Below the pieces are notes generated by a model that saw only the letters and a list, made by a program, of their open reading frames with translations, searched no databases and was not told where the DNA came from. A stretch of 34,277 bases of DNA from Pseudomonadota bacterium (GTDB lineage Bacteria; Pseudomonadota; Alphaproteobacteria; Pelagibacterales; Pelagibacteraceae). Location: NCBI GenBank assembly GCA_037128905.1, contig JBAXVU010000001.1:1-34277 (forward strand). Reading direction: 5' to 3'. The translations under genes were made by a program, and so were the position numbers. Shown here in pieces: positions 1-10,241 of this stretch. Numbering within the stretch: the stretch's first letter is position 1; the number at the start of each line of letters is the position of its first letter.

Positions 1-762
1 GGATATACAAATAAATCAGTGGGTGGAAAAATTGGTACAAAATACGAGGTTTACGAAGATATTTATTTTAGACCAAACCTAAATATTCAATCAGATAAAT
101 TAGAAACTGGTAGCACGGCATCATCATTGCTTAAAAGCAGACAAGGTACCACGTTAACAACAGGAGTTGGCTACAACTTTTTTGTTGATCTTAGAGACTC
201 TAGATACAATCCTACAGCTGGTTCCGTATCTTATTTTGAACAAAATATTGCAACTTTAGTTAGCGATATACCCGCCATTCAAACTAATGTTGGCTCTACT
301 TATTATAAAGAACTTTTTAGCGAAAAATATATCGGCTCAGCAAAAATTAGACTTTCAAATAGCGCAGCATTAGATAATAAAAACGTAAAAATATCTGATA
401 GACTTTATCCCTCTCAGACCGACTTAAGAGGTTTTGAATTAAGAGGAGTTGGACCTGTGGATGGAGGGGATCATATAGGTGGAAATTATCTAGCAACATT
501 AAGTTTAAAATCTACTTTTCCTAATCCAATTCCAGATAATTTTAAAGCAAACTCTTACTTATTTTATGATGCTGGAAATGTTTGGGGCGTAGATTATTCT
601 GACATAATTTCTGGCAGTTCCAAAATTAGATCATCGACAGGTGTTGCTTTAGATTTTATGAGTCCACTAGGACCATTAAGCTTTACTTATGCAATTCCAC
701 TTTCAAAGGCATCTACTGATAAGCAACAAAATTTTTTGTTTAATATTGGATCAAGTTTTTAG
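1..762 (+). CDS. bamA: Outer-membrane protein assembly factor BamA, C-terminal beta-barrel (5' truncated by window edge)
   Basis: Frame is open from position 1. Contains LRGF loop-6 motif, GGN, FYDAGNVW and SPLGPL, and ends in the beta-signal FNIGSSF. Lies upstream of lpxD. Confidence 0.95.
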   Translation, partial: GYTNKSVGGKIGTKYEVYEDIYFRPNLNIQSDKLETGSTASSLLKSRQGTTLTTGVGYNFFVDLRDSRYNPTAGSVSYFEQNIATLVSDIPAIQTNVGSTYYKELFSEKYIGSAKIRLSNSAALDNKNVKISDRLYPSQTDLRGFELRGVGPVDGGDHIGGNYLATLSLKSTFPNPIPDNFKANSYLFYDAGNVWGVDYSDIISGSSKIRSSTGVALDFMSPLGPLSFTYAIPLSKASTDKQQNFLFNIGSSF

Positions 763-781
763 TAATAAAATTTAACAATCA

Positions 782-1768
782 ATGAGTAACACTTTTTTTT
801 TCAAAAAAAATAAAGAATTCTTATTACTAAAAGATATCTTTTTATTGTGCAATTCTTCGAAGATTGAAAGTCCAAATAAAAAAATTGTAGGAATAAATAA
901 TTTAAAAGATGCAAAATTTAATGAAATTACATTCTTTGATAATTTAAATTATTTAAAAGAGGCTCAAAATACAAAAGCTCTTGCTTGTATAGTAAATGAA
1001 AAGTTTCAAAAATATCTCAATAAAAATATTATTCCTGTTATTTCAAAAAATCCTTTAATTGATTTTTATAAGATTGTTTCTTTATTTTATCCTGAATCAA
1101 ATAACGATAGTGAACAAATTGATTTTATAAATTTTAGTAAACTGACAAAATCTTTTAGCAAAAGCATTTTCTTCGGTAATAACTGTTTAATTGAAAAAAC
1201 AGTTAAAATTGGTAGCAATACAAAAATTGGTAATAACGTCTTAATAAAAAAAGGAGTTCATATTGGAAAAAATTGTTTAATAGGATCAAATGTTATTATA
1301 GAAAATTCTTTAATTGGAGATAATGTAGTAATAAAATCTGGATCATTAATTGGCCAAACTGGATTTGGATTTAAATTTATAAATAAAAAAAAATTTAAAC
1401 TTCCTCATATAGGTAGAGTAATAATTGAAAACGATGTTCAAATAGGATCTCTTTGCACTTTAGATAGAGGCTCATTAGGGGATACAGTTATTGGAGAGTT
1501 TAGCTCTGTAGATAATCAAGTTCAAATTGCACATAATGTTAAAATTGGCAATTTTTGTATGGTGGCAGCACAGGTAGGAATTGCTGGAAGCACAGTTATT
1601 GGAAATTACGTTAAAATTGGTGGTCAGGCAGGACTTTCTGGTCATCTAAGAATAGGTAATAATGTAAAGATTGGTGGTAAAAGTGGCGTGATTTCTGATA
1701 TTGAAGATAATAATGCTGTTATGGGTTATCCAGCTAAAAATATTAGAGAATTTGTAAAAACAAGATAG
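782..1768 (+). CDS. lpxD: UDP-3-O-(3-hydroxyacyl)glucosamine N-acyltransferase
   Basis: Hexapeptide repeats, GFGF, PHIGRV, DNQVQIAHNV, GQAGLSGHL; operon position. Confidence 0.96.
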   Translation: MSNTFFFKKNKEFLLLKDIFLLCNSSKIESPNKKIVGINNLKDAKFNEITFFDNLNYLKEAQNTKALACIVNEKFQKYLNKNIIPVISKNPLIDFYKIVSLFYPESNNDSEQIDFINFSKLTKSFSKSIFFGNNCLIEKTVKIGSNTKIGNNVLIKKGVHIGKNCLIGSNVIIENSLIGDNVVIKSGSLIGQTGFGFKFINKKKFKLPHIGRVIIENDVQIGSLCTLDRGSLGDTVIGEFSSVDNQVQIAHNVKIGNFCMVAAQVGIAGSTVIGNYVKIGGQAGLSGHLRIGNNVKIGGKSGVISDIEDNNAVMGYPAKNIREFVKTR

Positions 1769-1775
1769 TAAATTT

Positions 1776-2234
1776 ATGGCTTTAAAGAAGGAAATATCAA
1801 AAGAAGAAATAAAGAGTTTAATACCTCATAGAGAACCTTTTTTGTTAATTGATAAACTAACAGACATAGTCCCAATGATTTCAGCGACAGGGATTATGAA
1901 TATTAAAAAAACAGACTTTTTTTTTAATGGTCATTTTCCAGGACAACCCGTTATGCCAGGAGTATTGATTGTTGAAGCTTTTGGCCAAAGTGCTGCTGCT
2001 TTAACAGCGTATAGTTTAGATCCATCAATTGTTAAAAATAAATTAGTTTATTTAATGACTGTTAATGAGGCTAGATTTAGAAATCCAGTAATGCCTGATT
2101 GTGAATTAAAATTGAAAGTCGAGGCAATAAGATCAAAAGGCAAAGTATGGAAGTATAAAGGTGTTGCAATGGTTGGTGATAAAATTATGGCAGATTCAGA
2201 ATGGATGGCAACTATAGTCGACAGAAAAGATTAA
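1776..2234 (+). CDS. fabZ: 3-hydroxyacyl-ACP dehydratase
   Basis: PHREPFLLID and FFNGHFPGQPVMPGVLIVEA motifs. Confidence 0.97.
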   Translation: MALKKEISKEEIKSLIPHREPFLLIDKLTDIVPMISATGIMNIKKTDFFFNGHFPGQPVMPGVLIVEAFGQSAAALTAYSLDPSIVKNKLVYLMTVNEARFRNPVMPDCELKLKVEAIRSKGKVWKYKGVAMVGDKIMADSEWMATIVDRKD

Positions 2235-3010
2235 TGATTAACGATAAAGCTATAATTGAGAAAAACGCTTCAATAGATCCTTCCGCCAGCATTGGTCCAT
2301 TTAGTATTATAGGTAAAGACGTAAAAATTGGAAAAAATGTTAAAGTATCATCACATGTAGTGATCTCTGGAGATACTTCAATTTCTGAAGGTTGTGAAAT
2401 ATATCCATTTTCTTCAATTGGAAACAATCCTCAAGATTTAAAATTTAAAGGGGAAAAAACAAAGTTAGTTATTGGTAAAAATAATAAAATTAGAGAGTAC
2501 GTAACAATTAATCCAGGAACTCAGCACGGAGGTGGACTAACTACAGTAGGAGATAACTGTCTATTTATGATCTCATCGCATATTGCTCATGATTGTAAAA
2601 TTGGAAACAATGTAATTCTTGCAAATAACGTAGCTATAGCTGGGCATGTGGAAATAGATGATGGCGTTATTGTAGGTGGCAATTCCGCAGTTCAACAATT
2701 TACAAGAATTGGAAAAATGGCAATGATAGGCGGAATGACCGGGGTTGAAAAAGATGTTATCCCTTATGGATTAGCAACAGGTAATAGATCTCATTTAGAA
2801 GGAATTAATATTATAGGATTAAAAAGAGCAGGTTACTCCACAGAAGAAATTAATATATTAAATCAGTCTGTTAAATTAATTTTTTCAAACAATCTTTTAA
2901 AAAACGGAATTGAAGAAGCAAAAAAATTTTCTAAATTTAAAACTGTTAACGATGTTATAAGTTTTTTAGAAAAAAGTGAAAAACGACCAATTTGTAGACC
3001 ATTAAAATAA
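2234..3010 (+). CDS. lpxA: Acyl-ACP--UDP-N-acetylglucosamine O-acyltransferase
   Basis: PQDLKF, IREYVTI, HIAHDC, AGHV motifs. Start placed at ATG 2234 (TAATG overlap with fabZ stop) rather than 2201. Confidence 0.96.
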   Translation: MINDKAIIEKNASIDPSASIGPFSIIGKDVKIGKNVKVSSHVVISGDTSISEGCEIYPFSSIGNNPQDLKFKGEKTKLVIGKNNKIREYVTINPGTQHGGGLTTVGDNCLFMISSHIAHDCKIGNNVILANNVAIAGHVEIDDGVIVGGNSAVQQFTRIGKMAMIGGMTGVEKDVIPYGLATGNRSHLEGINIIGLKRAGYSTEEINILNQSVKLIFSNNLLKNGIEEAKKFSKFKTVNDVISFLEKSEKRPICRPLK

Positions 3011-3817
3011 ATGCTTGGATTAATAGTTGGCGAATCTAGTTTGCCAAAATTTTTAATAGCTAAATTAATCAAAAAGAAAAAAAATTTTTTAATATTAGAT
3101 TTAACAAAAGCTAATATTTATAAAAAATATAATAATTCATACAGTCTAAAAATAACTCAATTAGGAAAAGCAATTTCAATTTTAAAAAAAAATAATTGCA
3201 AAAAAATTATTCTGATTGGAAAAGTTATGAGACCAAGAATTTCTTCATTAAAATTTGATAGCAGGGCTTTATTTTATCTACCAAGATTATTTAATGCTTT
3301 TAAAAAAGGAGACGGAAGTATCATAAAAGAAGTTATTAAAATTTTTAAAGAAAATAACATATCAGTTATTAATAGCATGTCTTTTACACCGGAATTAATT
3401 TTTAAAGATAAAAACATTAATAACGTAAAAGTTAGCAATGAAGACAAAAAAAGCATTCTTAAAGGAGTCAATATAATAAAATCTTTAAGTCAATTTGATA
3501 TTGGACAATCAGTTATTTTGAATAACGGTTATGTCTTGGCAATAGAAGGGCCCGAAGGTACTAATGAAGCAATTAAAAGATCTCTTTTGCTTACTAAGAA
3601 ATATAATTTAAAAAATAAATCCATCTTAGTTAAGTTTCCTAAAATAAATCAAGATCTTAGAGTTGATTTACCAACTTTAGGATTTGAGACTATTAAAAAT
3701 TGCATTAAAGCTAATATTAAAGGCATCGCCATTAAAAAATCGCAAAATATTATAATGAATAAAAATCAAGTAATAGATTTAACTAAAAAAAATAACTTTT
3801 TCATTACCGCTTTATAA
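3011..3817 (+). CDS. lpxI: UDP-2,3-diacylglucosamine diphosphatase LpxI (DUF1009)
   Basis: DIGQSV, AIEGPEGT, QDLRVDLPTLG motifs; sits between lpxA and lpxB as in alphaproteobacteria. Confidence 0.9.
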   Translation: MLGLIVGESSLPKFLIAKLIKKKKNFLILDLTKANIYKKYNNSYSLKITQLGKAISILKKNNCKKIILIGKVMRPRISSLKFDSRALFYLPRLFNAFKKGDGSIIKEVIKIFKENNISVINSMSFTPELIFKDKNINNVKVSNEDKKSILKGVNIIKSLSQFDIGQSVILNNGYVLAIEGPEGTNEAIKRSLLLTKKYNLKNKSILVKFPKINQDLRVDLPTLGFETIKNCIKANIKGIAIKKSQNIIMNKNQVIDLTKKNNFFITAL

Positions 3818-3818
3818 A

Positions 3819-4928
3819 TTGTCTAAAAAAATATTTATAATTACCGGAGAGTCCTCTGGGGACAAAATAGCTTCATTAATTATTAAAAAAATAAAAGAAA
3901 AAAATCCCAATACTGAATTTTTAGCTGTAGGAGGAGAGTGTATTAAATCCATAGGTGTTCAATCTATTTTTGATATTAAAGATATCGCTTTTATGGGATT
4001 TGTTGACGTTGTAAGAAATTTATTTTCAATAAAAAGAAAGATTAATTTAACAGTAGAAAAAATTTTAGAATTTAATCCAGATGCTATTCTTTCTATAGAT
4101 TCGCCTGATTTCTCATTCCGTATTTTGAAAAGAATTAAAAAAATTAATAATAAAATTAGAACTATACATTTAGTTGCTCCACAAGTATGGGCATGGAGAG
4201 AGAATAGAAAAAAAATAATAAGTAAATTTATAGATCATTTATTGTTATTATTTCCATTTGAACCAAAATATTTTGATGGATTTATAAAAAATACTTTTGT
4301 GGGTCATCCATTTTTTGACTCTTCTGTATTTAAGATACTGAAATTAGAAAATATCACTAAAAACTATATTACTTTATGTCCTGGCAGTAGAAGTTCTGAA
4401 ATAAAAACTTTTATGCCTATTTTTATAGAATTTATAAAAAAAATTAATCTAGATAATAATTTTATTTTTCATATTCCTTCAATTAATAACAGGAAACAAT
4501 TAATTAATGATCTATTAGCAGTTTCCGGAATTAAGAATTATTTAATTACCACAAGTGAAGAAGATAAAAATTTATATATAAAAAACTCTATTTTAGCAGT
4601 GTCAAAGTCAGGAACAATAACTTTGGATATTTGCAAAAATCAATGTCCGCTAATTGTTGTCTACAAAACGTCTGCAATAAATTATCTTTTAATTAAACCC
4701 TTTATAAAGACTAAATTTGGCAATATTTTAAATATTATAGCTAATAGAGAGGTAATACCCGAGTTGATACAAAATGATTGTAATGTTAATAATATTTATA
4801 AAAAAGCACAAGAATTTATCAATAATGAAAATTTACGAAATTCTCAAGTTATTGATTATACGAAATTTCTAAAAGAAATTATTATTTCAAACAGTTTAGA
4901 GAAAATTTCAGATTGTGTGCTGGAGTAA
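3819..4928 (+). CDS. lpxB: Lipid-A-disaccharide synthase
   Basis: GESSGD, IDSPDF, APQVWAWR, FVGHP, PGSR, SGT motifs; TTG start. Confidence 0.96.
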   Translation: MSKKIFIITGESSGDKIASLIIKKIKEKNPNTEFLAVGGECIKSIGVQSIFDIKDIAFMGFVDVVRNLFSIKRKINLTVEKILEFNPDAILSIDSPDFSFRILKRIKKINNKIRTIHLVAPQVWAWRENRKKIISKFIDHLLLLFPFEPKYFDGFIKNTFVGHPFFDSSVFKILKLENITKNYITLCPGSRSSEIKTFMPIFIEFIKKINLDNNFIFHIPSINNRKQLINDLLAVSGIKNYLITTSEEDKNLYIKNSILAVSKSGTITLDICKNQCPLIVVYKTSAINYLLIKPFIKTKFGNILNIIANREVIPELIQNDCNVNNIYKKAQEFINNENLRNSQVIDYTKFLKEIIISNSLEKISDCVLE

Positions 4929-4938
4929 AGTTTGAGAT

Positions 4939-6225
4939 TTATCTTTTAGAAAGTTCAACAAAATCTCTTTTTGCTTTTCCTGTAAATAATTGTCTGGGTC
5001 TATTTAGTTTATTAGTAGAGTCCGAATACATTTCTTTCCAGTGAGCAATCCAACCAGCAGTTCTAGCAACTGCAAACAAAACAACAAACATATCCGTTGG
5101 AAATCCAATTGCACTTAATGTTATTCCTGAATAAAAATCTATATTGGGGTATAATTTTTTTTGAACAAAATAGTCGTCATTTAAAGCTATTTTTTCAAGT
5201 TCTAAGGCAACTTTTAGCAACTCATCATCTTTTTTTCCGACAGCATCAAGCACTTCATAACATGCTTTTTGCATAACTTTAGCTCTTGGATCGTAATTTT
5301 TATAAACTCTATGACCAAACCCCATTAATCTAAAATTATCATTTGGATCTTTTGCTCGTTTTATGAATTCAGGAATATTTTTAACGTTTCCAATTTTCTT
5401 TAGCATGTTCAAAGCAGCCTCATTAGCCCCGCCGTGCAAAGGACCCCAAAGAGCAGAAAAACCAGCAGCAATTGATGCAAAAGGATTTACAGCGGAGGAG
5501 GCTGCTAATCTCACGGTTGATGTTGATGCATTTTGTTCATGGTCAGCGTGAAGAATAAATATTTTTTCTAAAGCATCAGAAATTGTTTTATTAATTTTGT
5601 ATTTTTGAGCTGGCACAGAAAAACACATATTTAAAAAATTCTCACAGTAGCTCAATTCATTGTCAGGATAAACAAAAGGCTGTCCAATTGAATATTTGTA
5701 AGCCATGGCAGCTAGAGTTGGAACTTTTGCTATCATTCTTCTTGAAGAAATTTCTCTTTCAACTGGATCATTAACATTTGATGAGTCAGCATAAAAAGCT
5801 GACAAAGCACCGACAACTCCAAGCATCATTGCCATTGGATGACTACCTCTTCTAAATCCATTATAAAAAGATCTTATTTGCTCATGAACCATAGTATGGT
5901 TTTTTATAGCACTAGAAAATTCATCGAATTGCTTTTTATTTGGCAATTCACCTCTGTCTAAAAGATAAACAACTTCTAAAAAAGAACTTTTTTCAGAAAG
6001 TTTTTCAATCTCATATCCTCTATACAATAGAGTTCCTTTGTCACCATCAATAAAGCAGATTTCAGATTGACAGCTTGCTGTGGAAGTGAACCCAGGATCA
6101 AAAGTAAAATGACCTGTGTTTTTGTAAAGATCTCTAACATCAATTACTGAAGGGCCGATTGTACCTTTTTTAACCGGTAATTCGTATTTTTTTCCGTCAA
6201 TTTCAAGAAAACATTTATCCGACAT
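4939..6225 (-). CDS. gltA: Citrate synthase (type II)
   Basis: [55 protein letters not shown]. Confidence 0.98.
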   Translation of the reverse strand: MSDKCFLEIDGKKYELPVKKGTIGPSVIDVRDLYKNTGHFTFDPGFTSTASCQSEICFIDGDKGTLLYRGYEIEKLSEKSSFLEVVYLLDRGELPNKKQFDEFSSAIKNHTMVHEQIRSFYNGFRRGSHPMAMMLGVVGALSAFYADSSNVNDPVEREISSRRMIAKVPTLAAMAYKYSIGQPFVYPDNELSYCENFLNMCFSVPAQKYKINKTISDALEKIFILHADHEQNASTSTVRLAASSAVNPFASIAAGFSALWGPLHGGANEAALNMLKKIGNVKNIPEFIKRAKDPNDNFRLMGFGHRVYKNYDPRAKVMQKACYEVLDAVGKKDDELLKVALELEKIALNDDYFVQKKLYPNIDFYSGITLSAIGFPTDMFVVLFAVARTAGWIAHWKEMYSDSTNKLNRPRQLFTGKAKRDFVELSKR

Positions 6226-6237
6226 AAAAATTAGTTA

Positions 6238-7656
6238 TCAGTTTTTAATATTTTTGTCTATTTTATCAAAAAAGATTTCTAATCGTTTTAATAATTCATT
6301 CAAACCAAGCGAATTAGCTATATCATAAACAGCTGGTCCATACTCAGATCCAGTCAATATAATTCTTAAGGGCTGCCCTAAGTCTTTAAAGTTAATTTTT
6401 TCAGTTTCAATAATTTGATCAAAGATCTTTTTTAAAAACTCTTTACTAACGTTACTTTCGCTTTTTATTTGAGAGTAAATTGATCTTATAATATTTAGCT
6501 TTGATTTATCAATTTTTTCTTTTTGAGCATCTGTTAATTCATAAGAAAATATGTATTTTGAATTATTATAGATATCTTCTAAGCATTTTGATTTGTTTTT
6601 TAAGAAAGATAAACTTTTTTCTATAGTGGAATAAAATTGTTCTGGAATTTTTTTTTTATAAGATTCTGAATATTCAATTAACCTTTCTAATAAAATTTTA
6701 TCATTTATATTTTTAATATAAAATTCATTCATTGATTTAATTCTATCAAAGTCTAACTTTGATGGAGATTTTCCAATATTCTTTAAATTAAATAATTCTA
6801 TACTCTCTTTTTCTGAAAATATTTCTTTATTCTCATAAGACCATCCAAGTCTTAGTAAATAATTTTTAAGTGCTTCTGGAAAGATTCCAATTTTTTTATA
6901 ATCTTCTACAGTCGAAGCATTATCTCTCTTGGATAGTTTTTTTCCTTCTTTTGAGTGAATTAGAGGAATGTGAGCATATTCTGGAATTTTCCATCCCATA
7001 CTTTCAAAAATTTGCATTTGTTTAAAAGCATTTATTTTATGATCATCACCTCTTATTACATGTGTAATTTTCATTTGATAGTCGTCAACTGCCGCTGACA
7101 AATTATATGTGGGCTTGTTATCTTTTCTTAAAATTACAAAATCTTCTATTGTATTATTTTTAATCTTTACATTACCCTGTACCAAATCTTTAAGCGTCGT
7201 TTCTCCATCTAATTTGGATTTAAATCTAACAACAAATATTTCGTTGTTCTTTTCTTCTTTAAGATCTCTACATTTTCTACTGTAGGTATAAGGGATTTTT
7301 TTTTTAAGTGATAATTCTTTTTCTTTTTCTAGTTCTTCCTCAGAACAATAGCATTTGTAAGCATTTCCATTTGCTAAAAGTTTTTTTGAAATTTCAATAT
7401 GAGTTTCAATATTTTTTGACTGAATATAGGGTTTTTCATCCCAGTCTATTTTTAACCATTTTAACGTTGATATAATTTGATCGAGATATTCTTCCTTTGA
7501 TCTCGCAATATCGGTATCTTCAATTCTTAGTAAGAATTTACCTTTTTGATTTTTTGAAAATAACCAATTAAACAAAGCAGTTCTTGCTCCACCTATATGT
7601 AAATTTCCAGTAGGTGATGGGGCAAAACGCGTAATAACTGTTGAGTTAGTATTCAT
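6238..7656 (-). CDS. gltX: Glutamate--tRNA ligase
   Basis: TRFAPSPTGNLHIGG (HIGH-like), LRIEDTD, THVIRGDDH, KLSKR (KMSKS-like). Confidence 0.97.
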   Translation of the reverse strand: MNTNSTVITRFAPSPTGNLHIGGARTALFNWLFSKNQKGKFLLRIEDTDIARSKEEYLDQIISTLKWLKIDWDEKPYIQSKNIETHIEISKKLLANGNAYKCYCSEEELEKEKELSLKKKIPYTYSRKCRDLKEEKNNEIFVVRFKSKLDGETTLKDLVQGNVKIKNNTIEDFVILRKDNKPTYNLSAAVDDYQMKITHVIRGDDHKINAFKQMQIFESMGWKIPEYAHIPLIHSKEGKKLSKRDNASTVEDYKKIGIFPEALKNYLLRLGWSYENKEIFSEKESIELFNLKNIGKSPSKLDFDRIKSMNEFYIKNINDKILLERLIEYSESYKKKIPEQFYSTIEKSLSFLKNKSKCLEDIYNNSKYIFSYELTDAQKEKIDKSKLNIIRSIYSQIKSESNVSKEFLKKIFDQIIETEKINFKDLGQPLRIILTGSEYGPAVYDIANSLGLNELLKRLEIFFDKIDKNIKN

Positions 7657-7702
7657 TATTTACAAGAATACAGAACTAATATTATTTAATTAAATTAGTA
7701 AA

Positions 7703-8380
7703 TTAAAATTTTCTGTACAAAGATGCTAAAACTCCCTGTATTTTTACTCTTTCTGGATTGTAAATTTTTGTTTCATAAGCAGGATTAGCGCTTTCCAAAG
7801 CGATTGACTGACCTTTTTTTCTCATTCTTTTCAAAGTCGCTTCGTGATCATCAATTAATGCCACAACTATTTTTCCATTTTCTGCTGCATTAGTTTTTCT
7901 AATAATAACGTAATCACCAGTATTAATCCCAGCCTCTATCATTGAATCACCCTCAACTTTTAATGCAAAATAATCATTTGAGCCTAAAAAACTTTTTGAC
8001 AATGGTAAACTTTCTGTTTCTGTCTCAAGAGCTTCAATAGGGGATCCAGCGGCTATTCTTCCTATTACTGGTATAAATTTTTCTTCTTCATCTAGTTTGT
8101 TAAGATCTAATCCGCCTTTTATGATTGTAGGTGAAAAATTATTATATAAATCCTTTGCTCCTGCATTTTCAGGTAATTTAATAACCTCAAGGGCTCTCGC
8201 TTTATGGGGCAGTCTCTTAATAAAGCCTCTTTCTTCAAGGGCGGATATAAGTCTGTGAATGCCTGATTTTGATCTAAGATTTAGCGACATTCGCATCTCA
8301 TCATATGAAGGCGAGATGCCAGTATGCTTTAACTTTTCGTTTATATAAATTAGTAAATTTTTTTGCTTTTTAGTTAACAT
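7703..8380 (-). CDS. lexA: SOS repressor LexA
   Basis: N-terminal wHTH (PSYDEM..SKSGIHRLI..LEERGFI), Ala-Gly cleavage site (IAAG), catalytic Ser (GDSM) and Lys (TLKR). Confidence 0.97.
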   Translation of the reverse strand: MLTKKQKNLLIYINEKLKHTGISPSYDEMRMSLNLRSKSGIHRLISALEERGFIKRLPHKARALEVIKLPENAGAKDLYNNFSPTIIKGGLDLNKLDEEEKFIPVIGRIAAGSPIEALETETESLPLSKSFLGSNDYFALKVEGDSMIEAGINTGDYVIIRKTNAAENGKIVVALIDDHEATLKRMRKKGQSIALESANPAYETKIYNPERVKIQGVLASLYRKF

Positions 8381-8381
8381 A

Positions 8382-8418
8382 GAACAAAACCTAAACAGAT
8401 ATCGTTCTATTTAAGTTC
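8382..8418. promoter_or_regulatory. LexA operator (alphaproteobacterial SOS boxes): GTTC-N7-GTTC at 8404-8418 and GAAC-N7-AAAC at 8382-8396
   Basis: Perfect match to the alphaproteobacterial GTTC-N7-GTTC consensus just upstream of lexA, plus an oppositely oriented one-mismatch box 1 nt from the ATG. Confidence 0.88.
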
Positions 8419-8432
8419 TTATTAACATACAA
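8404..8432 (-). promoter_or_regulatory. Putative sigma70 promoter of lexA (TTGTAT-17 bp-TAGAAC)
   Basis: Read on the minus strand. The -10 and spacer overlap the perfect SOS box, as expected for autorepression. Confidence 0.5.
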
Positions 8433-8458
8433 CTTAGATAAGTTATTGAAATATATAT

Positions 8459-9243
8459 CTATTTAGAAGTAAAGGATCTTATTTTATCTACAATATTCGA
8501 AGATTTTATTAATGATTCGCCAATCAAAAATGTTCTGATGTTTGTTTTTTTGCAGATATAAGAAATATCTTTTTTAGAATTAAATCCACTTTCGGAAACA
8601 ACGATGCGTTTCTTTAATTTAAATTTTTTATAAAGATAAACCGTATTATTAATATCAGTTCTAAAATTTTTTAAATCTCGGTTATTAATACCAATAATAC
8701 TATTCTTAAAAGTTAAAGCGAAAGCCATCTCTTTATTGTCATGCACTTCAACAATAGTATCCATACCGCATTTATTAGCAGCCTCATATAAGTCTTTAGC
8801 AGTTTTTTTACTTACGGCTGATAATAAAATTAAAATACAGTCCGCTCCATAAAATTTTGATTCATAAACTTGAAATGGGTCAATAAAAAAATCTTTGGCT
8901 AAAATAGGAATATTATATTTTTTTTTAATTTTTTTAATATAGTTTTTGTTACCGAGAAAAAAATTATCTTCTGTTAACACTGATAGACAGGTTGCGCCAC
9001 CAACAATATATTGTTTAGCTATATTCATTGCATTAAAATCTTTTTTTAAGATACCCTTAGATGGGCTAGCTTTTTTTATTTCAGCTATAATAGAAATTTT
9101 ATTTTTTTTAATATTATTTTGTATTCTTTTTTTAAATAAAGACTTTTTTTTGCAACTATATAAAAATTTATTAACTAATTGATTGCTTTTATCAGAAATT
9201 AATTTTTTTTTTTAAAATTAATAATGTTATTTAAAAAATTCAT
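8459..9243 (-). CDS. trpC: Indole-3-glycerol phosphate synthase; apparent 1-nt frameshift in an A11 run near the 5' end
   Basis: IIAEIKKASPS upstream of the called 189-aa ORF is in frame with it; SVLTE, KDFFID, GINNRDL, VSESG and LIGES motifs. ATG 9243 overlaps the trpD stop (TAATG) and joins the main frame if one A is added at 9203-9213 (about 261 aa). Confidence 0.93.
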
Positions 9244-10241
9244 TATTTAATTAATTCACTAATTTTGGTTATGGCTTTTCCTGATAATAAATAATTCTTA
9301 GCAACATAATAAGCATGTTTTAAGTTTTTTTCTTTATCAGCAACAATTAGTCCAGCCGCCACATTTAAAGAAACAATTTCTAAAAAAGCATTATGCCTTC
9401 CATTCAAAATTTCAATTATCTTTTTACTATTGTAAACGCTGTCTTTTCCAATAATTGATTTAAATTTATATTTTTTCTTAATAAAAGAACTAGGATTAAT
9501 AATAAAATTTTTAATTTTTCCATTATTTAATTCATAAACTTTTGTTTTATTAAAAATAGATATTTCATCTAATCCATCTGAACTGTGAAAGACCCATGCC
9601 TTTTTATGACCTAAAGCTTTTAATACTTTTATATAATCAACTAGTAAACTTTTATCAAAAATTCCTATTATTTGCCTTTTTACTAAACCAGGATTTATTA
9701 ATGGACCTAATAGATTAAAAATTGTTTTGAAAGGAAGGTTTTTTCTTATAGCAGCAACATTCTTCATTGCAGAATGATAGTTTGGAGCAAATAAAAAAAT
9801 GAATTTATTCTTTATTATTTTTTTCTCTAAATTTTTTTTATTATCAGTTATATTAATTCCAAGTTTTTCAAGAACATCAGCAGACCCGCATTGAGAAGTA
9901 ATCGATCTATTGCCATGTTTGACAACACTAACGCCTAAACCAGCTAGCGTAATCGCTGTTGCTGTTGATATATTCAAAGTTTGCTTCCCATCTCCTCCTG
10001 TTCCGCATGTGTCTATAGAGTTTTTTGGAACTTTAACTTTAGTTAATTTTTTTCTTAGAATTTTGGCTGCAGATAGAACATTATTATAATTAAATCCATT
10101 TCTTGTTATTAAAGTTAAAATTGATGAAACTAAGTGTTCATTAATTTCCGCATTAATAATTTTTATAAATAAAAAATTTAATTCTGAATCTGTAACTTTT
10201 TTATTAACTATTAATTTTGCTATTATCTTATTTAAAATCAT
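9243..10241 (-). CDS. trpD: Anthranilate phosphoribosyltransferase
   Basis: DTCGTGGDG, NIST, KHGNRS, GSADVLE, FNLLGPL, DGLDE. Confidence 0.97.
   Translation of the reverse strand: MILNKIIAKLIVNKKVTDSELNFLFIKIINAEINEHLVSSILTLITRNGFNYNNVLSAAKILRKKLTKVKVPKNSIDTCGTGGDGKQTLNISTATAITLAGLGVSVVKHGNRSITSQCGSADVLEKLGINITDNKKNLEKKIIKNKFIFLFAPNYHSAMKNVAAIRKNLPFKTIFNLLGPLINPGLVKRQIIGIFDKSLLVDYIKVLKALGHKKAWVFHSSDGLDEISIFNKTKVYELNNGKIKNFIINPSSFIKKKYKFKSIIGKDSVYNSKKIIEILNGRHNAFLEIVSLNVAAGLIVADKEKNLKHAYYVAKNYLLSGKAITKISELIK

Noticed and set aside
1150-1720. Quasi-periodic AAAATTGG repeats in lpxD (also in lpxA)
   Set aside because: They encode the hexapeptide beta-helix repeats; not a DNA repeat array or CRISPR.
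2201-2233. Longer lpxA start from the ORF track
   Set aside because: It overlaps fabZ by 34 nt with non-homologous residues; ATG 2234 in a TAATG junction fits better.
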